Assembly: GCA_963777955.1 (NCBI GenBank)
Contig: CAVZSQ010000019.1
Span: forward strand, 1-64,000
DNA length: 64,000 bases
Reading direction: 5' to 3'
From: Calditrichia bacterium
GTDB lineage: Bacteria; Calditrichota; Calditrichia; JAJRVZ01
The notes under the pieces were generated by a model that saw nothing but the letters and a program-made list of their open reading frames with translations, was not told where the DNA came from and did not search any database. Shown here piece by piece: positions 1 to 10,671 of the stretch (position 1 is its first letter; every line of letters starts with the position of its first letter). Position numbers and translations under genes: made by a program.

Positions 1-769
1 CATCTGCGGCCCGGGTTAAATCTTTGGTGGTATCCACCAGCATGGAGGTAGCCCGGGCCAGTTCTCCGACTTCATCGTTTGAGCGGGTATCCAGATCGAT
101 CTGCACGTTTCCCCGGGCCAGGTCGCCGGCCGCTTTAACTATGGCCTGCAGGGGTACTGTAATTGAACGGGTAAAAAATATGGCGATCAGTATCTGGGCC
201 AGCAAACTCAGCAGGGTGACGATGATGATGGTCAGCAGAATATTCTGCTGGTTGTACTGGGCGCTGGCCACCGAGTTTGACATATCGGTTTTCTGGCGGG
301 CGGTGGTTGCCGCCAGTTTTTCTTTGATCCGGTTATAGTCCTGCTGCATGGTGTCCAGATTTTGCAGGATATCATCCTTTAGACCTTCGCTGATCATGCG
401 GATGGTTGTCTGGCGGGCCAGGGGATAATACCGGCTGAATAAATTTTCTATAGAATCCAGTTCCCCCTGCTGCAAGATGGGATTATGCCTGTTGTTCTCC
501 AAAAGCATCAGGAATTTATCATGAAATATATCCGTTTCGCCAAGTACTTTTTCATCCTGGGTTGCCGCCGCATATTCTATATTGCGTTGGATGCTTCCCA
601 GGATATCTTCCATACTGCGACTCATTTCCAGCGCCGGCAAATACCCTGTTTCGATGGCCACCAGCAGTCGACCATTTTGCGAACCCAGGCTCGTATTGAC
701 AATAAAGATTATTAAATACGTGAGCGAGGCCAGAACCGGGACCAGGATCAGTTTTGTTTTAATCTTCAT
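1..769 (-). CDS. Membrane sensor with HAMP domain (methyl-accepting chemotaxis protein or sensor kinase), truncated by window edge
   Basis: Own translation from ATG at 769: MKIKTKLILVPVLASLTYLIIFIV (TM1), periplasmic helices, TM2, then TRSITVPLQAIVKAAGDLARGNVQIDLDTRSNDEVGELARA (HAMP). Frame is open to the edge; not in the ORF track. Confidence 0.85.
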   Translation of the reverse strand, partial: MKIKTKLILVPVLASLTYLIIFIVNTSLGSQNGRLLVAIETGYLPALEMSRSMEDILGSIQRNIEYAAATQDEKVLGETDIFHDKFLMLLENNRHNPILQQGELDSIENLFSRYYPLARQTTIRMISEGLKDDILQNLDTMQQDYNRIKEKLAATTARQKTDMSNSVASAQYNQQNILLTIIIVTLLSLLAQILIAIFFTRSITVPLQAIVKAAGDLARGNVQIDLDTRSNDEVGELARATSMLVDTTKDLTRAAD

Positions 770-851
770 ATTTCAAAACACCTTCTGCACTTGAAAGTGA
801 AAAACATGATTGATGCGCCATACGAATCCGCAATCTTATTTCATGTAAAAT

Positions 852-1343
852 TTATTCCGTAATTTGTACTTCCTTGACTGAATCAAGATCAGCCTGGGCG
901 GATACATAACCGATGGCACCGTTATGATTTTTGATATAAACCAGCACCTCGGCATCGTTTTTTCTCTCGGCAGGAGGAAGACCTGTTCCCGAATAGATCT
1001 TCTTTTGCCAGTAAATTTTGATGGCACTCACTGATTTCTGATGTACACGCTGGCTGAATATTTCACGCAACGGATTGATGGAGACCAGATCGACCGGCAT
1101 CATTTTTTCGCCGTCTGGCCACTTTGGATTTTTTTTCAGAAATATTTTTGAAACTTCATCCCTGGTCATTTTAGTCACCGGATTGTTTTTATTGACCACA
1201 ATTTTAAATGACATAACCTGCTGTGCCAGTAATACACCGCTGAACAGGATCAGCAGGAATAAAACCGGTAAATAATATCTGGATTTCTTCCTGTATATCC
1301 CCCAACATCCATGAATATTCTTAAACTTTTTACTGCTCATCAC
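852..1343 (-). CDS. Small PstS-like periplasmic substrate-binding protein
   Basis: Hydrophobic signal segment, then IVVNKNNPV..SKIFL...YWQKKIYSGTGLPP...VLVYI...GAIGYVS. This type is often found next to MCP genes. Confidence 0.75.
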   Translation of the reverse strand: MMSSKKFKNIHGCWGIYRKKSRYYLPVLFLLILFSGVLLAQQVMSFKIVVNKNNPVTKMTRDEVSKIFLKKNPKWPDGEKMMPVDLVSINPLREIFSQRVHQKSVSAIKIYWQKKIYSGTGLPPAERKNDAEVLVYIKNHNGAIGYVSAQADLDSVKEVQITE

Positions 1344-1376
1344 TTAGATCCTTTTTTACATCTATCCGAGAAGTAG

Positions 1377-1392
1377 TACAAATAATATGCCA
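1377..1392 (-). promoter_or_regulatory. Sigma-54 (-24/-12) promoter
   Basis: Minus strand reads TGGCAT-ATTAT-TTGTA versus consensus TGGCAC-N5-TTGC(A/T). It lies about 35 nt upstream of the 852-1343 gene and next to a sigma-54 activator gene. Confidence 0.7.
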
Positions 1393-1487
1393 TAAATCTG
1401 GATGGAAAATATTTGTAGTCTTAATTATTAATAAATAGTTAGTTAAAGGATTGATAGAAATTGTAAAAATTCAAAAATATTCATAAA

Positions 1488-1527
1488 AAACCACGATATT
1501 TCGTAGCACTACTAAATATCGTGGTTT
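1488..1527. promoter_or_regulatory. Paired dyad sites, probable enhancer (UAS) for the adjacent sigma-54 activator
   Basis: CCACGATATTTCGTAG-CA-CTACTAAATATCGTGG: two imperfect self-dyads in inverted arrangement, about 100 bp upstream of the -24 box across an AT-rich spacer. Confidence 0.6.
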
Positions 1528-1547
1528 GATGATTGTTTCAGTCTAAA

Positions 1548-1590
1548 AGATTTCTCACTCTGCGGCTTTGCCGGCTCGCTCGAAATGACA
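1548..1590. repeat. REP-like intergenic element (AGATTTCTCAC...CGAAATGACA type)
   Basis: Resembles a widespread short palindromic repeat type; sits just after the regulator's stop codon. Confidence 0.45.
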
Positions 1591-1597
1591 ATAGAGG

Positions 1598-3080
1598 TTA
1601 AATATTCATGGCTTTGATGATATTCAATTTTTTCATTCTTGAACGCAGGGTATTGGGATGTAATCCCAGAATTTTTGCTGCTCCGTTTTCCCCCTCGACC
1701 ACCCAGTGCTTTTCTCTGAGTACCGAGATGATATACTCTCTTTCCACTGATTCCAGCGTGCCGAGTCCGCGTTTTTTATAATCATGACCACCCACCGGAA
1801 ATACCGGCCGCTGGATATTTAAAACCGGTTCTTTGCTGAATACGACTGCCCGTTCGATTATATTTTCCAATTCCCGGATATTTCCCGGCCAGTCCAGAGA
1901 TTCCAAAATCTTCATGGAAATACGTGAAATATTGTCAAATTTTTTACCGATCTTTTTGGCATATTTTTGTGTAAAAAATTTCGCCAGGGCAGGTATGTCT
2001 TCCTTGCGTTCCCTTAAAGGGGGCAGTTCAATAGGTACTACATTCAGGCGATAATAAAGATCCTGCCGGATGATCCCCTGTCGCACCGCTTTATCCAGAT
2101 CCCGGTTAGAGGCGGTGATCACCCGGACGTCAACCTTCAGTGTATGCACCCCACCAACCCGTTCGAACTCCCCTTCCTGCAGAACCCGTAACAGTTTTAC
2201 CTGCAGGTCTAAGGTCAACTCGCTGATTTCATCGAGGAAAATCGTTCCGCCGTCGGCTAATTCAAAACGTCCTTTGCGCTGGGTTACTGCTCCGGTGAAA
2301 GAACCCTTTTCATGTCCGAACAGTTCGCTCTCGATCAGGTTGGGCGGCAGTGCAGCACAATTGACTTTTACCAGCGGCCGGTTTTTTCTTAAACTCAGGC
2401 TGTGAATTGCCCGGGCAATCAGTTCCTTGCCGGTGCCGGTCTCGCCGCGGATCAATATCGTGGTATCACTGGGAGAAATGATCTCGACCTGCCGCAGGAC
2501 TTTCCTCAACGCATCACTGCTGCCGATTATGGTCTCAAAATTATGCTCAAGTTTGATTTCTTCGCGCAGGTAAATATTTTCTTCCTGCAACTGGTTCTTC
2601 AAGCGTTCCACTTCCGCCAGGGCATTTTTCAATTCGACTGTGCGCTGCTGTACCATCTCTTCGAGTTGTTCGTGGTAGGTTCTGTTCTCGCGAATCAGGC
2701 GGCCCTGTTCCAGCGCTCTTTCCACGGCATGCACCAATACCGTGCTGTTGCCGATCGGTTTGAAAATATAATCCCAGGCCCCGCAGCGCAGCGCTTCGAC
2801 CGCTTCGGTAATATCATCAGTACCCGAAACCACGATCTGCGGTGTGTCCGGGGACCATTTTTTAATTGATTTGATGACTTCCAGGCCGTTGACCTCCGGC
2901 ATGCGCAGATCAACCAGTACTACATCGGGATCGCGCTGCCGGAACAAGTCCAGGCCCTGCTGGCCATTATCGGCTATATAGCAGAGATAATCATTGAGTC
3001 TCCATGGCATCTGCTATGGCGTGAGCTACAAATGGTTCATCATCAATGATTAAAACAGCAGATCTTTTTTCTTGTTCCAT
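1598..3080 (-). CDS. Sigma-54-dependent response regulator (REC-AAA+-Fis HTH); frameshift near 3000
   Basis: VDLRMP receiver, GETGTGKE, ESELFGHEKGSFTGA, WPGNIRELEN, and an HTH. The true N-terminus MEQEKRSAVLIIDDEP (ATG 3080) is in another frame. Confidence 0.93.
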
Positions 3081-3263
3081 TCCCGAACTTGTTCAAATTT
3101 AAATAGATGTATGGATGCTATATTAATAAGTATCGTCGAATTCTGCCTGAAGAAAAGATAATTCTTAAAAATTAATTGTCTTTGGGTTATAACGACAATA
3201 TATTAATTATTATTCACAGACGACCGGGCTGATTTTTGGAGTAGAATTTATCAAGAGGTTCAA

Positions 3264-4536
3264 ATGAAAACCTCACTTTTTAAACCAAGGTTTTATGTAC
3301 TGCTGGGCCTGACCATCCTGATTATCAATGGTTGTCAGGGAGAAAAAGATCTCTTGACAGCCGATCCGCACCGACTGCAACCGGCCATTCAGATTATTAC
3401 TCCGTCAAATAATTCTACCGTGAGTGGAACATTAAATATTACTTTCATGATCACCAACCTGGTTCCGGACAGCCTGGCGGTAATTGAGTTGTGGGTCGAC
3501 GACCAATACAGCGGCCGAAATGCTACTGCCGCAGCGGAATCAATCGAATGGAATACAGCTGCCCTATGAAGATGGTTCCGCACATACCTTAAGCCTGAAG
3601 TTGTACCCCGACCCGGTCCGAACCTTTGCCAGTGCTGCGGTCATGGTTGTCGTCAATAATTTCAAGATTCCGCACATTTCTGAATTGGATTCCATTACCT
3701 GTATGACCAATAACTTTTATATATCATGGTCAAAAAATACCAGCCAGGATTTTAAATCTTACTCTTTCTACGAATCCCGGCAGCCTGATCTTGGAGACAG
3801 CGTCCTGATTTATTATGGTGTGAATATAAACGATACATCGCATATCGTCAGCGGTATCGCTGCTGATGAATGCCGCTTTTATAAACTTGTGGTCAGCGAT
3901 AGCAGTGGCCTGACGGCAACCAGTGTAACTAAACCGGCTTCGGCCACCGGCGAAAATGGTTTTTTACTGTACTATTTTAAAATCTGGAAAGATTTGTTTC
4001 TGAGTCGCAATCAGATATCCGCAGAATATTATGATAGACATGTAGAAATTATTTCCTGCGAATTGGTAAAATGGAACAGTGGAATTTCTTTCAATCTTCA
4101 TTATCAACTGCATATAGATTGGGCCGATGTCGAAGCTTATGATTCTTTTCTGATAATGCTTTTTTCAACTGAATCAGCATATCAACATTTAGAGATCCGG
4201 CGGGATGTATATCTGACTAAAGCCGAGATCAGCATTATTCTGGATAACCATGTCTTTAATAGCGGCCTTGGTCCGGTCAATCCTGTTGAAAATTTATTAT
4301 ATGCAAATTATGACCAGGCAGTAGCAGCCTTTCAGGCTGCAGTAAACTGTGATAAAATTTTTCCGCAGCAAATCGCATATTACGTTCCGGGCAAACTGCC
4401 GCGTATCGATGGCAATCCCTATTTTCTGGGTTTCGGTACGCTTGATTCGCTGAATAACCGTTGTATCAGCGGGTATTTTAATCTGCTGAGCGGAACAGGG
4501 TCTGCCCATGAGACAGTTTGCAGGATAATAAATTAA
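3264..4536 (+). CDS. Lipoprotein with Ig-like/FN3-like domains; frameshift near 3565
   Basis: Lipobox IINGC; IQIITPSNNSTVSG...WNT continues as YEDGSAHTL in the next frame (ORFs 3264-3569 and 3484-4536). Confidence 0.6.
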
Positions 4537-4580
4537 ACCTTTGCCGTTGTGCTTCTTCTGCGGTAAATCAGTATCTGGGA

Positions 4581-5447
4581 TTAATCAAATATGATTGTCT
4601 TGCGGCCGTGGACCAGCACGCGGTGTTCCGCATGATAGCGAATAGCCCGGGCCAGAACAATCCGCTCCAGGTCGCGGCCTTTGCGGATCAGATCCTCCAG
4701 CGAATCGCGATGGGTGATGCGCCGGATATCCTGTTCGATGATCGGTCCTTCATCCAGTTCCTCGGTAACATAATGACTGGTGGCACCGATGATCTTGACT
4801 CCGCGCTGGTAGGCCTGCTTGTAAGGATTACTGCCGGCAAAGGCGGGCAAAAAGGAATGATGTATATTGATGATCCTGTTGGGATACTTCTTGACAAACT
4901 GGGCCGAGACGATCTGCATATACCTGGCCAGGATAATCGTATCAATCTGATGCTCGGCCAATAATTTTAACTCCTGCCCTTCCTGTTCCATTTTATTCGA
5001 TGCTGTAATCGGAAATACATGATACGGAATTTTATAATGTGCGGCCAGACTCTGCAGATCGGGATGATTGGAGATGATCAGGGGAATTTCGATGGGAAAT
5101 TCACCGATACTGTTGCGCCATAAAATCTCCTGCAGACAATGATCATATTTGGAAACAAATATAGCGATCCGCATTTTCTTTTCGGGGAACTTGATCTCCC
5201 AGCTGGCTTTGAACTCCCTGGCTAGGGGAGTAAAAGCATCGATCAATTCAGCTGCTGAAATGGAAAAGCGGTTCATGTCCCAGGCTACCCGGATGGAAAA
5301 GATCTGTTCATCCGGATCGACATGCTCATCCAGATCCAGGATATTTCCCCCCCGCTCGAAAATAAAATGCGATATCCGGGCCACCAGCCCTATGCGGTCC
5401 GGACAGGAAAATAATAATATAGCCGTCTGTTGTTTGGGTTCAGTCAT
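4581..5447 (-). CDS. purU: Formyltetrahydrofolate deformylase
   Basis: ACT domain SCPDRIGLVA; LARYMQI, INIHHSFLPAF, GVKIIGATSHYVTEELDEGPIIEQ. Confidence 0.97.
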   Translation of the reverse strand: MTEPKQQTAILLFSCPDRIGLVARISHFIFERGGNILDLDEHVDPDEQIFSIRVAWDMNRFSISAAELIDAFTPLAREFKASWEIKFPEKKMRIAIFVSKYDHCLQEILWRNSIGEFPIEIPLIISNHPDLQSLAAHYKIPYHVFPITASNKMEQEGQELKLLAEHQIDTIILARYMQIVSAQFVKKYPNRIINIHHSFLPAFAGSNPYKQAYQRGVKIIGATSHYVTEELDEGPIIEQDIRRITHRDSLEDLIRKGRDLERIVLARAIRYHAEHRVLVHGRKTIIFD

Positions 5448-5482
5448 ACATTTAAATATAGTGATTTTTTAATAAAGTATAA

Positions 5483-5649
5483 AGTACCTTAGTACCTGAG
5501 TACCTTAGTACCTTAGTGCCTTTATGCCTTTAGTGCCTTTGTGCCTTTGTGCCTTTGTGCCTTTGTGCCTTTGTCCCTATGTCCCTTTGTCCCTATGTCC
5601 CTTTGTCCCTTTTTATCTTTCTTCTTTAATCTTATTTCTTTAATCTTAT
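5483..5649 (+). repeat. About 16-unit degenerate 8-bp tandem array followed by 7-bp units
   Basis: AGTACCTT, AGTGCCTT, TGTGCCTT, TGTCCCTT/A units, then TCTTT/AATCTTA heptamers. Confidence 0.9.
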
Positions 5650-5668
5650 CCCAAACTCCGGAGGAATC

Positions 5669-7817
5669 ATGGAATATCAATCCAGCCGGTCAAATAATAA
5701 GACAGTCAGCAAAGGCCGGTATTATCCCCTGGGTGCCACACTGCAAAATGACGGCGTGAACTTCGCTCTCTATTCGCAGCATGCCACCGAGGTGTATCTG
5801 CTTTTATTTGACCAGCCGGATGGTGAACCAACCGTGACCATCCGCCTGGAAAACCGCACTAAATATATCTGGCACTGCTTTGTCAGAGGCCTGACGGCCG
5901 GTCAACTATACGGCTACAAAGTCCGCGGTGAGTATAATCCGCGGCACGGCCTCCGTTTCAATGAACATAAACTGCTGCTGGATCCGTATGCCAGAGCTAT
6001 CAGCCACAAGTTTGTTAATAAAGATAATTTGCTTCTTAGCTTATAATCCTTCATCCGATGGCAAGGATCTCACACCAGATCTGCGTGATAACTACAATAT
6101 CGCGCCAAAAAGCATAGTTGTAGATAATCACTTTGATTGGCAGAATGATGCCGGTCCGGACATTTCGTTTGAAAAATTGTTTATCTATGAAGTACATCTT
6201 AAAGGTTTTACCGCTCACCCCTCCTCCGGGGTACAGCATCCGGGCACGTATCTGGGTTTCATCGAAAAAATTCCTTACCTGCAGCGTCTCGGCATAAATG
6301 CCGTAGAATTTTTACCAATTCACGAGTTTTACGTTGAGGATCATCTCCGCCTGCGCGGTTTGACAAACTACTGGGGGTACAATACCATTGGTTTTTTCGC
6401 TCCGGAGTTATCCTACAGCACAGGCAGTTATCCCGGCTGCCAGGTTGAAGAATTTAAGACTTTGGTGCGCGAACTGCACCGGGCCGGGATGATGGTAATT
6501 CTGGATGTGGTTTTTAATCATAGCGGTGAAGGAAATGAATTAGGACCATGCCTCTCGTTTAAAGGGATCGATAATCTCACCTATTACAGTTTGATTGGTC
6601 CGCCGACCGAACCTTTGCGGTATTATGCGAATTACACCGGTTGCGGCAACAGCCTGAACGTGGACAATCCGCCGGTACTGCGCCTGGTTATGGATTCGCT
6701 GCGCTACTGGGTCGTAGAGATGCACGTGGACGGTTTCCGTTTCGATCTGGCCTCGGTATTGGGTCGCGCAGGCAAAGAGATGGGGTTTCAAAAATCGTCT
6801 GCTTTTTTCGAAGCCATATCACAGGATCCGGTATTGAACCGTATTTTGCTGATAGCCGAGCCGTGGGATCTGGGCACCTACCAATCGGGTAATTTTCCGG
6901 TGGACTGGTCCGAATGGAACGGCAGATATCGCGACACCGTTAGAAAATTTATCAAAGGGGATTCCGGGCAGGCCGCAGATATGGGCTGGCGCTTGACCGG
7001 TTCAGCGGATCTGTACAGCGACAGCGGGCGATCGGCATATAACAGTATAAATTTCGTCACCTGTCACGACGGTTTTACGCTCTACGACCTGGTTTCGTAC
7101 AATCAAAAACATAATGAAGCCAACGGCGAAGACAACCGTGACGGTACTGATTATAACAACTCTTATAACTGGGGAGCAGAAGGTGCGGCGGCCGATAATC
7201 CGGCCATCCTGTTATTGCGCGAGCAACTGGTGAAAAACTTTCTGTGTACACTGCTCTTATCTTCCGGCACACCGATGATTACAGGCGGTGATGAATTTTT
7301 GCGCAGCCAGCGGGGCAACAATAATGCTTACTGCCAGGACAATGATATCAGCTGGTTCAACTGGCACCAGGTGGCGGCCAATAATCATATGGTGGAATTT
7401 TTCCGCAGGCTGATCGCTCTGACTTGCCGTTATGCTATCCTGCAGCGGCGCAAATTTTATTTAGGCCGGGACCTGGACGCCAATAATATTCCGGATCTGG
7501 CCTGGTTCCCTGCCGACGGCGGCAATCCCAACTGGGGCGATCCGGAACTGCGTACCTTATGCCTGCAATTGGACGGCAGTGAAGAGGAATCGGCGCTGGG
7601 CGATTACCAGTTGTTTATCATCCTGCATCCCGATTATCACCTGCAATCAGTGCAATTGCCCGAACTCAAAGATAGGAAGAGATGGTACCGCATTTTAGAT
7701 ACCAGCCGTCCGGTCGGAGAAGAGATCATGGCTCCCGGTCAGGAAGTCCAGATTGATCCGAATGACTTTTACCTGGTAAATCCCCGTAGTACGGTGATGT
7801 TATTGGGGAGAAAATAG
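5669..7817 (+). CDS. glgX: Glycogen debranching enzyme (isoamylase); frameshift near 6040
   Basis: YPLGAT..GVNFALYS, NYWGYNT, DVVFNH, DGFRFDLA, AEPWD, NFVTCHDGFTL. Confidence 0.95.
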
Positions 7818-7907
7818 AGACAAAGGGACAAAGGACTGAGGCACTGAGGTACTGAGTCTGAGTTCCTGAGTTACCTGAGTAAAGTCCCTGAGTACCTGAG
7901 TTCCTTA
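7817..7907. repeat. 8-bp tandem arrays (purine-rich, then pyrimidine-rich)
   Basis: GACAAAGG/GGCACTGA units, then CCTGAGTA/CCTGAGTT units, directly after the glgX stop. Confidence 0.8.
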
Positions 7908-8170
7908 GTAAAGAATTGAAAAATTTCCACTGATTAGACTGACTATATTACTGATGCCTTAGGCAGCAAATGTTTATAGTAAACCTGGTACCTCCAATGA
8001 AAGCACGACCCCGGAGGGATCGAATTAGCATTATTGACCTGCCCAATAAGTTTACATTTACCAATAATTAGTTGAGAATAGCGTATATATAAATCTTGTC
8101 TCTGACATTTAGATTGGAATTTTATATTGACAACTTGTAAAATTATTCTGACTCAAGAAAAGGAGGACTA

Positions 8171-9191
8171 ATGAAGAGAAATTTTTATTTATGGTCAACT
8201 GTTACTTTGATTTTGAGTATTATGCTGTTTTTTAGTTGTGAGAGTATTAAACCGGTCCAGCCTGAGGTGAGTTTAATTCAGGAGAAGGATCAATCTTCCA
8301 CTACCCTGGCCAAGATAAAAACAGTCCCCACCGGCGGACTGGAAGAAGCCACGGTCAGTCCCCTGTCTGGGGAAACTGAATGAGCAACTGGCACTGAATG
8401 GTAAGAATTCAGGATTGCTTTGGCTGAGTATGTGACAAATCTCGGCGGCGAGCAGGCCGGACGTACCAGTTTACTTTGCCAATATCGGAAACAAACAACT
8501 CTCGGCCCACTGGGTTCCCGGCGATCCCAATCGCGACGACCGGACCAATATAACCTGGTTGATAGACCAGGTCGATGTGAATGATGACGGTGTAGCCCAG
8601 TGCTGATGCTAACGGAGCTATCAGCCGGGCCATGGATACCTGGGACGGTGTTCAGAATATCGATATCCCCCTCGCCCAGATGCCCGATTACGGTCTGGAC
8701 TGGGGTTACGTGCAATATCCTGATGGGGATGGGCGGAGTTGCCGGCTGGTTTGCCGATGTTACACATGCCGGTTGGTTAACGCGCGCATACTTCGACTCG
8801 ATTGCTCCCCCTGACGGCGGTGACTATATCCTGGGAGTTACCCATACCTTTATCTGGGTGGACGATGTAACCGGATTGCCCACCGATATGGATAATAATA
8901 ATAAACTCGATGTGGCCTTCAGGGAAATATATTATAACGATGAATTCCAGTGGGGCATCGATGCAGGCTTATCCTCTGATAGATATCGAATCAATCGCCT
9001 TGCATGAAATGGGACACGGTCTCAGCCAGGCGCATTTCGGCACCCTGTTCAGAACACCTTCAAACGGCAAATTTCATTTCTCGCCGATGGCGGTCATGAA
9101 TGCCGGATATGTGTACATTCCCTGGCACGAGTTGATGGCTACTGATATTGCCGGACATTGCAGCATCTGGGCCAGCTGGCCGAAGAGGTAA
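8171..9191 (+). CDS. Lipoprotein with metzincin (matrixin-like) zinc-protease motif; several frameshifts
   Basis: Lipobox FFSC; C-terminal DIESIALHEMGHGLSQAH and AVMNAGY (Met-turn). Fragments are spread over ORFs 8171, 8632, 8600 and 8910. Confidence 0.7.
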
Positions 9192-9197
9192 ACTCTA

Positions 9198-9283
9198 AGA
9201 GACAAAGAGACAGAGAGACAAAGAGACAAAGAAAAGCACAGAGGCACAAAGTCGTATAGTCCTTTTGTCTCTTTGTCCCTCTC
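9198..9283. repeat. Inverted pair of 8-bp tandem arrays
   Basis: AGACAAAG repeated, short spacer, then CTTTGTCT/CTTTGTCC. Confidence 0.8.
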
Positions 9284-9442
9284 TTACAACGAATTCTCCA
9301 CCTCTTCTTTAGTTACCATACCCAGGCGTATCAATATTTCACCCAACTTCACCCCTGGATTTTTCTTTTGTTCTTCCAGGGCTTTGGCCAGTTGTTCCTC
9401 TTTTAACAGCCCTTTTTTTATGAGATTTTCTCCTAGTGGCAT
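9284..9442 (-). CDS. Stand-alone MshEN-like (c-di-GMP-binding motif) mini-protein, 52 aa
   Basis: Own translation MPLGENLIKKGLLKEEQLAKALEEQKKNPGVKLGEILIRLGMVTKEEVENSL; AGGAAAGGGG ribosome-binding site upstream; below the ORF-track length cutoff. Confidence 0.85.
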   Translation of the reverse strand: MPLGENLIKKGLLKEEQLAKALEEQKKNPGVKLGEILIRLGMVTKEEVENSL

Positions 9443-9678
9443 CTATATCCCCTTTCCTGCTAATCTTGCCCATTATTATATGTATTGAAATCGCTTTTTT
9501 CCAGTTTTACAGTATAAAATTATCTGATATTAAAGTAGTCCCTTTACCCTTTTCCCTTTGTGTCTTTGTGCCTTTGTGCCTAATTCTCTATTTATATCCT
9601 TTGGACAACGGGGATTTGTTGATTATATTGAGAAAATGGCGATCTTTATGGAAGACAGATGCTGGAGGAATAATTATA

Positions 9679-10519
9679 TTGATAATATTTTCCAAGAAAC
9701 AATCATTAGACAATTATTTTAGAGACATCGGTGAAGTTCAGATTGCTTACACCGGAAGAAGAAGTAGATCTGGCCAAACGAATCAGACAAAATGATCATA
9801 AAGCGTTAGAAAAATTAGTCAATGCCAATTTGCGCTTTGTGGTAAGTGTGGCCAAATCATACCAGAATAAAGGATTTTCTTTGGAAGATCTGATTAACGA
9901 AGGAAACCTGGGATTGATTAAAGCCGCCTACCGGTTTGATGAGACCCGCGGATTTAAATTCATTTCCTATGCGGTGTGGTGGATCAGGCAGTCTATTTTA
10001 CAGGCTATTGCCGAAAAGACACGCATGATCCGGTTACCACTAAACCGTATTGGCACGCTTACTCAAATTGAAAAAGTATACAGTAAACTTGAACAGGAAT
10101 TTGAACGGACTCCTACTAATGAAGAAATAGGTACTGCCCTGAAAATTGAATCGGATGATATATCTTATACGATCAAGAAAGTTTCCCGTGTTGTCTCTAT
10201 TGATTCCTCACTCTATTCAGATACAAACACCCGTTTGATAGATCTGCTGGAGAATCAGGAGGATCCAAAACCCGATGCCGGCTTAATGAATCAATCATTA
10301 TCAAATGAGATCAATGATATCCTTGATACCCTGACCAAGCGGGAAGCAAGAATTTTGAAATTGTATTATGGCTTGGACGGTGAAATAGCACATACGCTGG
10401 AGGAAATCGGGGCGATTTTTAAATTGACCAGGGAAAGAATAAGGCAGATAAAAGAAAAAACACTTAAAAAACTTGGTCACCGGACTCACAGTAAAGTACT
10501 ACGTCAATATTTGGGTTAG
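9679..10519 (+). CDS. RpoD/SigA-family sigma-70 factor lacking region 1.1; frameshift near 9740
   Basis: SLDNYFRDIG..LLTPEEE, ANLRFVVSVAKSY, FDETRGFKFISYAVWWIRQSI, LTRERIRQIKEK. Start codon is approximate (TTG). Confidence 0.92.
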
Positions 10520-10671
10520 TTATCATCACTAATAAGCAATCCAAAGCACAATCCGGTTTTTTTCTCAATCCCGACAGATAGCCACAAATAGTAACAGCAA
10601 ATAAATCTTAGAATATATATTCTATTAATTACGTTTAAAATAATACATTCAGTTCTTTAAGGAGAAAACAG

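Noticed and set aside
7950..8170. Riboswitch in the long leader (also considered 11960-12290 and upstream of mntH)
   Set aside because: Only weak hairpins; no conserved aptamer motif that I can recognise. An Rfam scan would settle it.
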